A stretch of DNA of 64,000 bases, the filler included, from Chiloscyllium plagiosum (lineage: Eukaryota), in NCBI RefSeq assembly GCF_004010195.1. It is 4 parts of one record of this genome, joined end to end, with 100 filler letters (N's around TTAATTAATTAA, not from the genome) between each part and the next. Parts side by side here need not be neighbours in the genome. Positions count along the whole stretch, not along the records: positions 61,479 to 64,000 come from NC_057710.1; 3 more parts are not named here. The stretch is one strand, 5' to 3'. The notes beneath the pieces are model-generated. The model did no database searches. It was not told the DNA's origin and saw only the letters and a list, made by a program, of their open reading frames with translations. The first letter of the stretch is position 1; every line of letters begins with the position of its first letter. Both the position numbers and the translations under genes were made by a program. Of the stretch, positions 61,479-64,000 are shown piece after piece.

Positions 61479-61713
61479 ATGCTAAATTGCCCACAGTGTT
61501 AGGTGCATTAGTCAGGGGTAAATATAGGGTAGGGGAATGGGTCTGGGTGCATTACTCTTCAGAAGGTGAGTGTGGACTTGTTGGGCCGAAGGGCCTGTTT
61601 CCATGCTGTAGGGAATCTAATTAGGGGAATGGGTCTGGGTGCATTACTCTTCAGAAGGTGAGTGTGGACTTGTTGGGCCGAAGGGCCTGTTTCCATGCTG
61701 TAGGGAATCTAAT
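61479..61713 (+). mobile_element. HE1 SINE 3' part with a perfect 92-bp tandem duplication of the tail
   Basis: 61530-61621 is identical to 61622-61713; HE1 tail sequence. Confidence 0.85.
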
Positions 61714-63489
61714 CTTCAGAACTTGGCTACATGATGTCTGTTCTACATTGTTCTTACATTCACTGTACCCTCACCCTCCCAACAGCCTTGCCTTGTTTGT
61801 TCTTTAGAGGTTTTATCTTTAAGACCCTGCATATCGAAATCTGATTGCTTTGAAGTGATGTTAAGCAGTTTCAACATAAGACCTAACTAAAATTTGATTA
61901 TGCTGAAAATAATGTAAATTGATCATGAATAAGTTTGTTAATTTGTTTATTAACCTTGATTTACTGGCAGTATCAGTTAGAGAATTAATGCATTCCATCA
62001 TCAGAGGAATCATTTTAACTAGTGCAGGATGATCCATCTTCATTCAGGATCCTTCGTTCATACAGAAGACCTAACTGTCTGGTTTGAGCAGAGTTGGTGT
62101 AAAGAGCAACAAAGACAGACAGCTCATGCGCTCCTCTTTAACCTTTTAGCGTTTTAGTAGTTGAGCTGTTCCATCATAAATTAATGCTCATCTTTTGGTT
62201 GACCGGGAAAAATAAAGTGTCGTCTCGCCATTTTAAGTGGTTTCTTTTGCAAACCTGAAAGTATTATGATGAATCTTAAGATTTTAGTTTCTATTTGTAA
62301 AAGTAAATATTGACCTATTATTAGAGATCTTGCGGACATTATATAATTTCAATTCCACACTTTAAATTTACAGCAATACTGCTAGTAAATAACCTCCAAC
62401 AAGCAGGACTTTTGCCATAATTAGTGGTTGTGGGTGCCTGTCACAGCTATTCTTTTATTTCTTCCATGAAATCTTTGGTTTATCCAAGATTTTTCCTTGC
62501 CACTTTTTACATTGACAAAGTATATTTTGTGTTATGGTTAGCTTGCTTTGCTTTTTACATAAGGTTTCACAACATAAGAGCCAGTTAATGTTTATACGTG
62601 ATTGTATTTTCTTGGCTGTATTAATGAAGCTGATAAACTGCTGTTCAACAACCAAATAAGGAAAATTTAAAAACATTTTTCTGCATCTTAAGGTTAGTGG
62701 CACACAATAAGTTATCTTTAATAGGTGTCATCAGCCCTGACTACCTGGCTGAAGTGATCAATTCGTCATGTGTGACCCTAGATAGTTATAAAGTGACTTA
62801 ACATTGGGAGTATCACAATTTGACCGAATACTGCTTCACTTGACATTCCCACATGCTGTCTTTCCTGGATAGCAACCAATGGCCGAAATCCAGGTTATTT
62901 CGTCCCATCCCAAGATGGTGGAACTCAGTTTGTAGCACTATTGTCCTGGCTAAAATCAAGGGACTCACTACAGTTTAGAGCTCAACTTTAGAATCTTTAT
63001 AGTCAGGTTTTGTACTTGGATGCTGCCTGACCTGCTGTGCTTTTCCAGCAACACATGTTCCACACTGTGCAATACACCTACCTAATGAGGTGTTTGGGAA
63101 ACCTACAGCAAAGCTCCTGCTATGCCCAGATCAACTGTGTGCTGTCAAGGATCCATTCCAGTTGTTCTGTCCTGCAGGCCTTTTGGATAATGGGATTGGA
63201 TTCTGTCCATAGTAGACAATCACTACAGTGCATTATATAAGACAATCTATTAATGTATAATTTAAAATATGCAAAGTCTAGATTTAAAGGACTGGGACTT
63301 TGAACTCTTTATCAGTTGCATAATTAGAATGTTTTTTGGAGGTTTTTGGTTCAGAGGTCACTTGATCAATGAAAGTAATTCAAAATCTACATCGTTTTAA
63401 AATTTAAAACATTCTCATAGCATTTACATAAAAACAATGATTTTCCTAATTTAAAATTTCAGACAAAGCAAGTGCAAAGAAAACCATCA

Positions 63490-64000
63490 AGTTGCAGGTC
63501 GATAGGATAGTGAAGAAGGTGTTTGTTTGGTATGCTTTCCTTTCTTGATCAGAGTATTGAATACAGGAATTGGGAGGTCATTTTGGGACTGTACAGGACA
63601 TTAGTTAGGCCACTTTTGGAATATGGCGTGCAGTTCTTGTCTCCTTCCTATTGGAACGATATTGTGAAACTTGTAAAAGATTTACAAGGATGTTGCCAGG
63701 GTTGGAGGTTTGAGCTATAGGGAGAGGCTGAATAGCCTGGGGCTGTTTTCCCTGGAGCATCGGAGGCTGAGGGGTGACCTTATAGAGGCTTATTATATGA
63801 GGAGCATGGATGGGATAAATAGACAAGGTTTTTTCCCCTGGGGTGGGGCAGTCCAGAACTAGAGGGCATAGGTTTAGGGTGAGAGGGGAAAGATATAAAA
63901 GGAAACTTAAGGAACAACTTTTTCACGCAGATGGTGGTATGTGTATTGCATGAGCTGCGAGAGGAAGTGTTGGAGGCTGGTACAATTACAGCATTTAAAA
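63490..64000 (+). mobile_element. CR1/HER1 3' region (runs off the window)
   Basis: FGMLSFLDQSIEYRNWEVILGLYRTLVRPLLEYGVQF; homologous to 3069-3630 and 34394-34874. Confidence 0.88.

Overview
Repeat-dense, apparently non-coding vertebrate DNA, almost certainly from an elasmobranch (shark/ray): it carries several HE1-type V-SINEs and their HER1/CR1-type partner LINEs. I recognise no host protein-coding exon; the ORFs I can identify are decayed transposon ORFs, antisense artefacts, minisatellite read-throughs or N-runs, and the rest are short and unrecognisable. The content is: many CR1 LINE fragments (one with 5'UTR, ORF1 zinc-finger/leucine-zipper/esterase and the start of ORF2), a second CR1/L2-group LINE family and its partner SINE, L2 and Rex1/Babar fragments, two probable solo LTRs, Harbinger-like transposase and Myb/SANT remnants, and a ~2.1 kb 21-bp minisatellite. 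Three gaps contain an artificial TTAATTAATTAA linker. The most striking signal is a set of Penelope-like element (PLE) termini from at least three families carrying minimal hammerhead ribozymes. Four of them share one architecture: inverted (fold-back) arms, a 3' tail on one arm only, and a 12-14 bp target-site duplication. The best example is a near-perfect ~288-bp-arm palindrome at 15891-16514 with an intact hammerhead in each arm. Repeat-free AT/TAAT-rich blocks may be conserved non-coding elements, but that cannot be shown without alignments. Family names are assigned by eye and boundaries of old repeats are approximate.
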